Source: Conexivisphaerales archaeon
Lineage (GTDB): Archaea; Thermoproteota; Nitrososphaeria; Conexivisphaerales; DTJL01
Assembly: GCA_049509455.1 (NCBI GenBank)
Contig: JBEKZX010000001.1
Coordinates: 1 to 64,000, forward strand
DNA: 64,000 nt
Direction: 5' to 3'
Positions 1 through 8,992 of the stretch are shown one piece after another. The notes beneath the pieces were generated by a model. The model saw only the letters and a program-made list of their open reading frames with translations, did no database searches and had not been told where the DNA came from. A program made the translations under genes and the position numbers. Each line of letters begins with the position of its first letter. Within the stretch, counting starts at the first letter, position 1.

Positions 1-40
1 TCCGAGCGACGGTGGTGGACGTCGCCCGCAGCGGCCGTTG

Positions 41-98
41 GTTAAGCTATAGTGCTTACCCCTTATAAACCTTGTTAAGCTATAGTGTTTACCCCTTA
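41..98. repeat. Two 25-bp direct repeats, 33-bp period, around a TATA-like box
   Basis: GTTAAGCTATAGTGCTTACCCCTTA (41-65) and GTTAAGCTATAGTGTTTACCCCTTA (74-98), one mismatch. CTTATAAA at 62-69 overlaps the end of copy 1 and the spacer. Confidence 0.85.
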
Positions 99-368
99 AG
101 CATGAGGCGGTGGACGAAGGCCACTATCAAGCCCAGACTGCCGCAAGACCGTTGGGCAGAGCATAGCGGTTAGGTAGACGGGACAAGCTCCATAGGGAGA
201 ATTGACTCGGACCTTAATGGGGTTGGGAGGAGCTCGACGAACTGAAGAGGGAAAAGGGCTCGTCTGGACTTAGAAGATAGAGCACAACAATGCCCACGGC
301 CTGGAGTAACTGCCTCGGATGCAGACAACCAATCACCAACACGTAATTAACCAACTCAACCCCGTCGT

Positions 369-1046
369 ATGGAGACGACAGCCATGGCGCAAGAAACGAA
401 TAGAAAAGAACAAGTCAGGTCGGCGCTTAAGGCATCATTGTGGGTGACAGCCTACCACAACCAGATCGTGTCAATGAATGATTCGGTTCCCCTTCTTGAG
501 ATGTGTGCTAATTCATCAGGCAAATTTGCGGCCGCGTTCGACCCTCTCCTTCAAACCATGAGTAGTCTTCCCCCAGAAGGTAAGAAGGCCACATTGGATA
601 GCCTCAACGGCGTGATGAGAACCATTCTATCGATTTCCTTGGATGGTTACACTCACATGCTTGGAAAATGGGTGGACTTCCTTATGGAGAGCCTATCGAC
701 AGAGGTAAAGGCTCTTAACATCCTTGGCCTCCCGACACCCGACGAAATGAAAACCCTTGTCAACATGAAGACAGAAGTGGCTTCGCTCAAGTCCAAGGCC
801 AGTGATTTTAATGCCCGTGTAAGGACTTCAACCGACTTATCACATGAAATCAAAGCCGTCACAGGTTTCAGCATAAGAATAGACCTGTTGCTGAAGGCAG
901 AAAGCGCCCTAAGAGGGCAGCTCAACGCAAAAGCATATCAGGTCAAGGAGAGGATTCCTGCCTTGCTCCAAGGAATGAGTGTGGACGAGCTGTCCAAATT
1001 AACCTTCGAGGTCCTTCTTCCACAGCCTGAGAGCCGATCAAGCTGA
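369..1046 (+). CDS. Hypothetical protein, 225 aa, predicted mostly helical; ORFan-like
   Basis: Long ORF with protein-like composition and no recognisable motif; visibly more AT-rich than the core genes. Confidence 0.7.
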   Translation: METTAMAQETNRKEQVRSALKASLWVTAYHNQIVSMNDSVPLLEMCANSSGKFAAAFDPLLQTMSSLPPEGKKATLDSLNGVMRTILSISLDGYTHMLGKWVDFLMESLSTEVKALNILGLPTPDEMKTLVNMKTEVASLKSKASDFNARVRTSTDLSHEIKAVTGFSIRIDLLLKAESALRGQLNAKAYQVKERIPALLQGMSVDELSKLTFEVLLPQPESRSS

Positions 1047-1281
1047 GCCAATCAGGGGACTGCTCGAACATTGGCTAAGCAGAGAGGAGGCTGTTCAACA
1101 TCTCCATCACGACGCTTGTCTTCTCCAGTGGCGCCTCCCAGCGGTGCGCCGTCACTGAACTGCATTTGAACATCACAGCTGGGATCCCTTCCCCCTAGAC
1201 TAGTGCGGGGATTGTTGGGCTACATTGAAACTGGTAGCAATGATTACACTATATTTAAACGATGGATTCAGGTAGGATGGG

Positions 1282-2019
1282 ATGACGGGCAACATGACAG
1301 CAGAAGGACAGGACGACTCTAGGAAAGCTAGTAAGGTGTCTCGCAGAAACTTCGTAGTCGGCGTTGGCGCAGGGGCGGTAGTTGCTGCCGTCGCCGTGGC
1401 CGGCGCTGAATCATTACTGAAGAGCAAAAGCACGACGAGCGTCGTGACAAGCACGGTGACAGGCCCTACCACCACTGTGACAGGCCCCACCACCACGGTC
1501 ACGAGCACGGTGACAGGCACGGCCACGAGCACGGTCGCCGCCGGAGGGTTCCCGACGGTGAAGGTCGCGAGCCTTAGCGGGCTCAGTGTCAACGCCCCTG
1601 TCGCTTTCAATTACCCCCTGGCCGACGAGCCGAGCGTACTGGTCAAGCTGGGTCAGAAGGCGGCGGGAGGCGTCGGGCCCGACGGCGACATAGTGGCCTT
1701 CAGCTTGGTTTGCCAACACCTAGGGTGCACTCCCTCCTCCTCTTTCCAATACGTCGCCCTGAAAGCTTCGCCCACCTGCAACAGCGGATATCAGGCGGCA
1801 GGCCCGCTCGGATACTGTTGCTGTCATGGGAGCGTATACGACTTCGTCAACGGCGGGAAGGTCCTCTCAGGGCCAGCTCCTCTTCCCCTGCCGCAGGTCA
1901 TGCTGGAAGTGGACTCTTCCGGGGACATCTACGCTTATGCGATGGGCCCGCCCACGATATACGGTCACAGCACGGGCAACCATGGGTCCTACTACGTCTT
2001 TGACGACCTGCAAGGCTAG
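1282..2019 (+). CDS. TAT-exported Rieske [2Fe-2S] protein, arsenite oxidase small subunit (AioB)-like
   Basis: Twin-arginine SRRNFV, TM helix, Thr/Val-rich linker; Rieske boxes CQHLGC and CCCHGSVYD; AioB-like segments LVKLGQKAAGGVGPDGDIVAFS and DIYAYAMGPPTIYG. The start may be the second Met at 1294. Confidence 0.88.
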   Translation: MTGNMTAEGQDDSRKASKVSRRNFVVGVGAGAVVAAVAVAGAESLLKSKSTTSVVTSTVTGPTTTVTGPTTTVTSTVTGTATSTVAAGGFPTVKVASLSGLSVNAPVAFNYPLADEPSVLVKLGQKAAGGVGPDGDIVAFSLVCQHLGCTPSSSFQYVALKASPTCNSGYQAAGPLGYCCCHGSVYDFVNGGKVLSGPAPLPLPQVMLEVDSSGDIYAYAMGPPTIYGHSTGNHGSYYVFDDLQG

Positions 2020-2538
2020 TCAAAGGCCAGCCGGATGGAGGTGGAGGCCGTAGCCTTCCGCTGGAGCCAAGTCAAGTCTTGATGAGGCTTCAAGGGGGCA
2101 CCTGCGCTCCAATTGAAACAAGCGAGGTCATGACGCAATCTGGAGCGGGGAGCGCGCGCGACCGCTCCCCCCGGAGCTTCGACAGGAAAACACGAGGCTC
2201 TTGAGCAGAGGGACGCGGACAAGAAGATTTACGGTGGATTAAGGCTAATGAAGGCAGTTTCAAGGTCAGAGAGAAGATGAACCAAGAATTCTCGGACTTA
2301 ACTTCGTCCAGCAATCTGCGCTCGACTACCTCATGCTTTGGCCTAGACGGGACGAAGGGGGAAGAGGCTCGGCGCGAAGTTGGAACCTTGAGGATATTAT
2401 AGTTAGTCAAGTCATCGCAGCTTGAGACCGCGCTCTTTGTTTGTTCGGTCGGTTCGCCAAATGGGTGACCTTCCTTTAATGGTAGAGAAGATAGGCCAGA
2501 CATTGACCTTACGCGGCTGTGAAAAGCGTGAAGTGGCG

Positions 2539-2838
2539 TCAGGCCATCTTGTAGAAGACACGTTTCAAGCTGGGCTCTTCGGCGGACAGCTTCATCCTGA
2601 GCAGTTCGGAATCAGCGTTCGAAGGATGGGGCACGCGACCGTCCACCTTCTGAGAAAGAGTTTCAAGGATGGCCTCTTCTAGGACCTCCAGCTTCCGCGA
2701 GCCCTCCGCGGAGAGCTGCTGAGAAAGCTTGCCGTAAACCGCGAGCCTCACTCCCAAGTCACCGCCATCCATGAGATGGACCACGTCGACGTCCCTGAAC
2801 CCCGACCGCTTGAGATATCGCTTGATCACATGTCTCAT
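2539..2838 (-). CDS. Hypothetical protein, about 99 aa
   Basis: Protein-like frame from MRHVIKRYLKRSGF; start re-called to the ATG at 2838. Confidence 0.6.
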   Translation of the reverse strand: MRHVIKRYLKRSGFRDVDVVHLMDGGDLGVRLAVYGKLSQQLSAEGSRKLEVLEEAILETLSQKVDGRVPHPSNADSELLRMKLSAEEPSLKRVFYKMA

Positions 2839-3261
2839 TCTTGACGATACTATTCCGCTGAGACGGAGATCGAGGAGCGGTGCCCGGACGGCTTCCGCCT
2901 TGACGTCTGCGATGCTCAACCAGGACCTATCTCTTATTGCGGCCCATTACTATATAAGTCTTGCAAATACTGCAGAGTAATAAGTCATTATTCATACATA
3001 GTCCACGTTTTCACGAAGCAAGTGCGCCAAGGTGGATCGACGTCCTTCATGGGCTCTCCAGGCAACAGGCTGATGCTTCTCTAGGCTTCCGCCCTATTCG
3101 TCGCTTCGTTCTGGATGGGGCCGAGGAGGTTCGCTCCATCAGGCCAAACAAAGTCAGATGCATAATCGATGCCATAGTTACAATAGAACGGTTCGAGAGG
3201 CAGCTGGAGATGGGTATGCATACCGCCCGCCTGGCCGGCAGTCTAGTCCTATGATTATCCT

Positions 3262-4077
3262 TCAGTCAGGGAGGGTCCTCTGTCCTGGCGATGCCCGCTC
3301 CATCATCCTCCCCATCCACTCCATAGGGTTCCTGCCCATTAGCTCCATGAACTGGTTCACGGTGTCGGGTCCGAAGCCGGCGAAGTGATTATTGGCGAAC
3401 ACGTATCCCCGATGAATCGATGCCTGGACCCTAGACAGCCGCTCCGACCACCTCAACATCTCGGCCGTCCTGTCCTTTTGCACCTTACCGAAGTTCTCCT
3501 CCCTGATTGAGCGGTCCCCTATGAGCCTGAGGTAGACGGTGGAGGCAGTTACCCTGTCCGGAACCTTGACGTAGGGAAGCTCCGACCAGACAAGTGTCAT
3601 CCCCAGGTCCTCGAGGAGAGAGTAGATCCTATCGTTGAACCACGTCGTGTGCCTGAATTCGATGGCGTATTGAAGGTCTGGAGGCAGGAACTTCAGGAAG
3701 TCCTCCAGCCTTCCGCCGCTCTCTTCATACGAATACGAGGGGGGCAGCTGTATTAGGACAAGCCCCAGGCTCTGCCCTAGCAGCTTGATCGTCCTGAGGA
3801 ACCTGTCGGATGCCTCTTCGCAACCGATGAACTTCCTATCATGCGTTATCTCCTTGGGCATCTTCGCTGTGAACAGGAACCCTTGCGGGACGGCCCTCTT
3901 CCAGGACTCGACCGCCCACGAAGAGGGGGAACGATAGAAGCTGGAGTCAATCTCGACCGTGTCGAACACTGCGCTATAGAGCTTCAGGAAATCCCTTCGC
4001 TTCGTATCCGTGGGGAAGAACGGCCCGACCCACGACGAGTAGCTCCATCCCGAGCAGCCCGCTCGAAGCTCCATCCG
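3262..4077 (-). CDS. DUF72 (YecE-like) family protein
   Basis: GCSGWSY, VEIDSSFY, LIQLPPS, AIEFRH, YLRLIG and YVFANNHFAG motifs; start at MELRAG (4077). Confidence 0.93.
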   Translation of the reverse strand, partial: RMELRAGCSGWSYSSWVGPFFPTDTKRRDFLKLYSAVFDTVEIDSSFYRSPSSWAVESWKRAVPQGFLFTAKMPKEITHDRKFIGCEEASDRFLRTIKLLGQSLGLVLIQLPPSYSYEESGGRLEDFLKFLPPDLQYAIEFRHTTWFNDRIYSLLEDLGMTLVWSELPYVKVPDRVTASTVYLRLIGDRSIREENFGKVQKDRTAEMLRWSERLSRVQASIHRGYVFANNHFAGFGPDTVNQFMELMGRNPMEWMGRMMERASPGQRTLPD

Positions 4078-4217
4078 AACCCCAGTCCGCGGCCCCTCTA
4101 TATCAGCAGGGGGCACTTACCTAAGATAGATTACGCGGACGAAAATCTCCTGCCGTGAATGCAACGCACTAGCGTAGGCACAGTCCAAGGTCCATTTGAT
4201 TCCGCCAGTGGGCCTAT

Positions 4218-4691
4218 CTACTTCAAGCCTTGGAGCCGGAGCGCCCGTTCGAGCGCCAGGCCGAGGAAGACGGCGAGGCCTACCGTGGCCAGGGCCAGAA
4301 AGCCAGGGAACTCTGGCGCCGGCTGCTGAACTATGATGGTCCCGGTCATGTCAGGGTGGTACGTGCAGTAATAGGAGAATTCGCCGGACGTCGTGAAAGT
4401 GAAGTTATAAGATGCGCCAGGCATAATATCCATTGAGTCAAAGTTGCCCGGGGAAGTCGCCGTATGAGTGGTTCCCCCGCTGTTGTAAAAGACGACGGTG
4501 TCACCGACGTTGATAGTGGTCGTCTGAGGCAAGAAGTAGTTGTCTCCTATATTCACCGTGACCGTCTGAGCCGCCCTGACGCTACTCGTGGTCGAAACGG
4601 AGAGCAGCAGCGAGGCGAGGATAAGGGCCATTGCGAAGCCACATGCTGCCGAGCCCACACTGACGAATGCGCCGAGCCTTCTCTGCGACAT
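4218..4691 (-). CDS. Type 1 blue-copper cupredoxin (plastocyanin/azurin-like) with signal peptide and PEF-CTERM-type anchor
   Basis: His in THTATS plus a C-x2-H-x2-M loop (YYCTYHPDM); C-terminal PEFP + TM helix + basic tail. Confidence 0.92.
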   Translation of the reverse strand: MSQRRLGAFVSVGSAACGFAMALILASLLLSVSTTSSVRAAQTVTVNIGDNYFLPQTTTINVGDTVVFYNSGGTTHTATSPGNFDSMDIMPGASYNFTFTTSGEFSYYCTYHPDMTGTIIVQQPAPEFPGFLALATVGLAVFLGLALERALRLQGLK

Positions 4692-4784
4692 TTGCGTAGG
4701 CGTCGGTCGCCGTCTATTTACCCGTGCACAAAGAAACCACTGTAGCCAAAGAGGTCGGTTCGACGCTAGCCAACTTCCCTCGAG

Positions 4785-5007
4785 TCATGGTCGGTCAGGT
4801 CTTGACTTTCCGGCGTTGATTCTCTTTGCAGACGTGTATGCGTCACGGATGATGTAGAGCCAGAACAGCGGGTAGAGCAGGAAGCCGATTAAAACTACTG
4901 CTGATACTACGCACACGAAACCCGCTATGATGAACGCGCGCCCTTTTTCGTATCTGCCAGTTGTAGATCTGTCCCAGACCCGTGAAAAGGAATTGGAGGC
5001 CTGGATC
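4785..5007 (-). pseudogene. Frameshifted small two-helix membrane protein (GLGQIYNG-type)
   Basis: Removing one base at 4959 joins DPGLQFLFTGLGQIYN to GRYEKGRAFIIAG...LYPLFWLYIIRDAYTSAKRIN. An in-frame TAG at 5008-5010 lies upstream and there is no start codon. Confidence 0.7.
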
Positions 5008-5118
5008 CTAGGGGCCTTAACCGTTAAGAAGACAAAGAAACCTGAGCCACATTGAAAAAGGGTTATTAGTTCCGTCGGCGGCCTCGAGCTCCGGTGTAGA
5101 CATACGAAATATCGAAGA

Positions 5119-6075
5119 ATGGGCCATGCGGGTCTGAAGGTCAGCGAGCTTTCTCTTGGAGCGTGGGTGACGTACGGCGGACAGGTGGGGGAGGACGCCG
5201 CCCTGAAATGCATGGAGGCGGCCCGCGGCGCCGGAGTCAACTTCTTCGACAACGCCGAGGCGTACGCGCACGGGAATGCAGAGGTGGTCATGGGGAACGT
5301 CATCAAGAGGCTGGGCTGGAAGCGGGAGGATATAGTCGTCTCAAGCAAGGTCTTCTGGGGAGGCGACGGCCCCAACGACGAGGGCCTCTCTCGCAAGCAC
5401 ATCTTCGAGGCCTGCAGGAACTCCCTGAAGAGGCTCCAGCTGGACTACCTGGACCTCTTCTTCTGTCACCGCCCCGACCCCAGCACTCCAATAGAAGAGA
5501 CGGTGCGGGCCATGGACGCCCTGATACGCCAGGGGAAGGTCCTCTATTGGGGGACTTCGGAGTGGAGCGCCGCCGACATCATGCGCGCCCACGGCATCGC
5601 CAGAGAGCTGGGCCTCACACCTCCCCAAATGGAGCAGCCTCAATACAACATGCTTCACCGCGACCGGGTCGAGCTTGAATACCTTCCGCTCTACCGCGAG
5701 ATAGGACTGGGTACGACCATATGGAGCCCGCTGATGTCGGGCCTGCTGACCGGCAAGTACAACGGCGGCATCCCCGAAGGCACGAGGGCGACGCTTCAGG
5801 GCTATGAATGGATAAAGGAGCGTGTCATCACGCCCGGGAACGTCGACAAGGTCAGGCAGCTCGAGCCTTTAGCGAAGGAGCTGAATTGCACTATGGCGCA
5901 GATGGCGCTCGCTTGGTGCCTCAGGAACCCCAACGTCAGCACCGTGATAACCGGCGCAACCAGGCCCGAGCAGGTCACCGAAAACATGAAGGCCGCTGAG
6001 GTAGTTCCTATGCTGACCCCGGACGTCCTAAGCCGGATCGAAATGGTGCTAGGCAACAACCCTGCGGTCGACTAG
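5119..6075 (+). CDS. Aldo/keto reductase, Kv-beta-like subfamily
   Basis: [48 protein letters not shown] motifs. The homologous N-terminus extends to an ACG at 5104. Confidence 0.95.
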   Translation: MGHAGLKVSELSLGAWVTYGGQVGEDAALKCMEAARGAGVNFFDNAEAYAHGNAEVVMGNVIKRLGWKREDIVVSSKVFWGGDGPNDEGLSRKHIFEACRNSLKRLQLDYLDLFFCHRPDPSTPIEETVRAMDALIRQGKVLYWGTSEWSAADIMRAHGIARELGLTPPQMEQPQYNMLHRDRVELEYLPLYREIGLGTTIWSPLMSGLLTGKYNGGIPEGTRATLQGYEWIKERVITPGNVDKVRQLEPLAKELNCTMAQMALAWCLRNPNVSTVITGATRPEQVTENMKAAEVVPMLTPDVLSRIEMVLGNNPAVD

Positions 6076-6679
6076 GGAACCTGCGTCATCAACTTCAAAG
6101 CTTAGGCGTGTCCCCACCTCCTTCCTCTCGAGCTCCCCAGCGGGAACGCTGCCGTTCAAGAAGGGCGGCTGGTGGCAGCCCGGGAAGGATTGGACCCCTT
6201 CCTCACGTTGGGAACGACAGCGATAGTGGTCGGGCGTCCTCCGCTCATCAAGGTCCGAAGGCGCCTCCGTTACAGATGAAACGGGCATAAGGATATTACA
6301 GGTCTTATAGATCCACATTATGTCGTATTGACAAAATATTGTATGTTTCTAGGAAATTCGTATCGGTGCTTCCCAGACTTGGACTCGTAATAGGTACGCA
6401 TCCCATGCGGGCTCGATGCAACCCTCTACGGCATGAGTAGGTCATCCGTCCACCGTCAGGGGGTCATGGTGTGACGCTAGCAACAACCAAGACCGGGGGA
6501 CTCCCAGCCTATATGGTATCAGGGGCATCTTTCACAAGCTCGGCAGGAAAGGTGTATGGGACGTCAACAATCTGTGATAGGGCAGCCTTAGAGCTGCTGC
6601 GGAGATGGTCGCCCGCTGGCCAGAACCTCCGAGCAAGGCTTTTAACTGACGACGAAAAACTATTCTATCCTGATCGCAT

Positions 6680-6853
6680 TTGTCCTCAAAAAAGGAGAAG
6701 AAGAACAAAGCACCTCTTCCCGCCTCTAGCGCGGGCCTCCTGAGGTTCTTTGACGAAGACACGCCCGGGTTCAAGGTCAGACCGGAGGCCATCGTAGGCA
6801 TAGGGATGACCCTGATCGTCGGGTCCCTCCTTGTGCTGGCGTTCCTCAAGTAG
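6680..6853 (+). CDS. secG: Preprotein translocase subunit Sec61beta (archaeal SecG), 57 aa; not in the ORF track
   Basis: TTG start; translates as MSSKKEKKNKAPLPASSAGLLRFFDEDTPGFKVRPEAIVGIGMTLIVGSLLVLAFLK, with the SAGL-RFF-E-D motif and a C-terminal TM helix. Confidence 0.9.
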   Translation: MSSKKEKKNKAPLPASSAGLLRFFDEDTPGFKVRPEAIVGIGMTLIVGSLLVLAFLK

Positions 6854-7193
6854 TTGGTCATCCGAGAAGCGGCTACGGAAGCTCGAGCCGCCTCCTCGAA
6901 GGTGAAATGAGAGGCTTTTCAACCGTCGGTCCGGGCCCAGTCAGACGGCGTACCGTTGCCCGCAGTACAGGACTCCATCCAGACCCCATGGGAGACCAGC
7001 TTAGACCCTGCCCCACTCTTCCCTCGACCGTGCCCGGGACGGGTATCTTCAACGGCCTACCCTCCAATGGGTGGGCATTCCACGTGAGACGGCTTGCTCC
7101 AACCTTTTCACTCAGACGGAGGCAGGGGCCGCGCGAGTCGAATGAGATTGTGAACTGACTCGGGCAAAGTCTGCAAACCGGGGACGCGAAGGC

Positions 7194-7394
7194 CTACTTC
7201 TTCGCGCCCTTCCTTTCGAGGGCCTTCAGCTTCGCTTCCAGCTCCTTCACCTTTCCCTCCAAGGCGGCCACTTTCTCCTTCTCCTTCCGGCTCAGCTTGA
7301 CGTCAAGCGCGTCCAACTTTTGTTCCTCCGCCCACTGGACCTTCATTTCGAGCTTCTCGAGCCTCGCCCAGAGCTTTTCGATCTCCGACGACAT
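7194..7394 (-). CDS. Small coiled-coil protein, 66 aa
   Basis: Heptad-like Leu/Glu/Lys pattern; strong SD (GGAGG) just upstream of the ATG. Confidence 0.75.
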   Translation of the reverse strand: MSSEIEKLWARLEKLEMKVQWAEEQKLDALDVKLSRKEKEKVAALEGKVKELEAKLKALERKGAKK

Positions 7395-7755
7395 GGTATC
7401 CTCCTTTCAGCCTTCCTTCACATTATTACGCCTTTCGAGATGCTGGACCCGCTCTGGCATCCTGGGGGCACCGTCGTCCTTCAAATCGTCGCTCCCAGGT
7501 GTAAGCTCGATGGCTAGAGGTTCATGACCCTCTTCCTTCCGTCGACCCTTCCCAGCTGTCTGTGTGGGTCCAGCACCTGTGCCAATAAGCATCCCGTGGC
7601 GATCCAACCTAGGTGGTCGTCATCCCTGCGAATTGCTCCGGATGATCCAACTCAGCGATTTCGTCCCAGCCTCCTCTTAGTCTCGCCCGAGGTCCGTCAA
7701 GCAAGATTTGGTTGTTCTCGAATGGGCGCTGATGGGAAGGAGTCGCGGGAGGAGC

Positions 7756-8823
7756 TCAGGAGAGGTACCTTGCCTTTTCTTGCGCATATGCTATGCTTTC
7801 CGTAGTCACTACCCCAACGACCTTGGAAGGTAGGTCCCTTTCAACGACGGGGACGAGCGAAACCTTCTCCCTCGCCAGTATCTTGTAGGCCTCCAAGATG
7901 GATTCGTCCGCGAAGACGGTGATTTGCTTTATGGGCAGATCCCCCAGGCGGACGAGGCTCCTCTCCTCAGGCTTGAACCGCTTCACCTCATCCCAGGTGA
8001 CGACCCCCAGGAGGAAGCCATCCTTCTCTACAAAGATGTCGTGGTACCTGGCCTTGAACATCGACTCCAGGGCGTCCGAAAGCTTGACGTCTGGCTGGAC
8101 GACGCCTGCCGCGGGATACATCACGTCCCTGACTCTGATGCCTGCCAGCGCGTCGGAGGTTATGGTCGCCTGAGCCTCCTCCGTCGCTCCCATGTAGACG
8201 AACATCCCTATGAGCACCAACCAAAAGTCGTAGAATATCCCGATGAAGGCGATGAGCATGCCCAAGAGTCTTCCGATGTTGGCGGCGGTTCTCGTGGCGT
8301 CGGTGAACTTGCGCCTTTCCGCCAGGAGGGCCCTAAGGACCCGTCCGCCGTCCATGGGAAAGGCAGGGAGGAGGTTGAAGGCGCCCAAGACGATGTTCAT
8401 GAGCGCGAGGTCGGAGACGATGTCTCCCGTCGTCGTGAGAGACAACAGAGAGTACAGCGGTGGCCTAGGGCCAGGCAGGACGAGCGCCGCAGCAAGAAGC
8501 AGCAGGCCGAGGCCGAAGCTCGTCAGCGGGCCGGCGACCGCCACGCGCCACTCGATCCTAGGGCTTTCCTGAACTTCCTCTATCTCCGAGACGCCGCCAA
8601 TGGGGTAGAGGATGATTTTGCGGACCTTGATTTTGTAGTGTCTGGCGACGAGCGAATGAGAAAGCTCGTGAGCCACTACGAAGACGAAGAGCAGGAGGAT
8701 GAGCTCGAAGTTGTACAGGTGAGGGAACGAGAAGAGGGAGACGAAAGCCATCAAGAGTAGGAAGGTCATGTGGACCTCGATTGGTATACCCCAGATGGAG
8801 CCAATCCTGTAGGAGAACTTCAA
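7756..8823 (-). CDS. Site-2 protease (M50) with C-terminal CBS pair
   Basis: HELSH, VAVAGP and FNLLPAFPMDGGR motifs, followed by tandem CBS domains. Confidence 0.95.
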   Translation of the reverse strand: MKFSYRIGSIWGIPIEVHMTFLLLMAFVSLFSFPHLYNFELILLLFVFVVAHELSHSLVARHYKIKVRKIILYPIGGVSEIEEVQESPRIEWRVAVAGPLTSFGLGLLLLAAALVLPGPRPPLYSLLSLTTTGDIVSDLALMNIVLGAFNLLPAFPMDGGRVLRALLAERRKFTDATRTAANIGRLLGMLIAFIGIFYDFWLVLIGMFVYMGATEEAQATITSDALAGIRVRDVMYPAAGVVQPDVKLSDALESMFKARYHDIFVEKDGFLLGVVTWDEVKRFKPEERSLVRLGDLPIKQITVFADESILEAYKILAREKVSLVPVVERDLPSKVVGVVTTESIAYAQEKARYLS

Positions 8824-8992
8824 CCTGAGGGACTCACGCCGGCCACATATTTCTCCTTAGAGTGGATTCCTCATACTCCTTCCGATCATCACCACATTAA
8901 TATCGGCGTTCTTGCTCTTTAGGTCATGCGGGGGCCGCCTGCACCGAGACGCGAAAAGGCTTAATGCCTCTTCTGGGAAGATTTCGAACGAC

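Noticed and set aside
41-98. Direct repeats as a CRISPR array
   Set aside because: Only two copies with an 8-bp spacer, and no cas genes.
102-280. Possible small ribbon-helix-helix gene after the repeats (EELDELKREKG fragment)
   Set aside because: Needs both a stop read-through (TAG at 171) and a frameshift; too fragmentary.
1075-1190. Minus-strand fragment GIPAVMF...AH..E resembling an M20 peptidase C-terminus
   Set aside because: Short, degenerate match with no further homology visible.
2020-2540. Search for an aioA remnant after the Rieske gene
   Set aside because: No Cys-rich AioA N-terminus or molybdoenzyme motif in any forward frame.
6471-6743. 90-aa ORF beginning TLATTK, vaguely PPOX-like
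   Set aside because: Similarity fades after a few residues and the ORF overlaps the real Sec61beta gene.
6860-7190. Possible RNase P or SRP RNA in a GC-rich gap
   Set aside because: Neither the RNase P conserved regions nor the SRP helix 8 motif was found.
8912-8992. N-terminal extensions in the ORF track (also 4078-4116, 15632-15703, 28479-28547, 35432-35527, 37971-38144, 48904-48984, 52468-52545)
   Set aside because: They overlap promoters or neighbouring genes and precede the homologous N-termini; starts were re-called.
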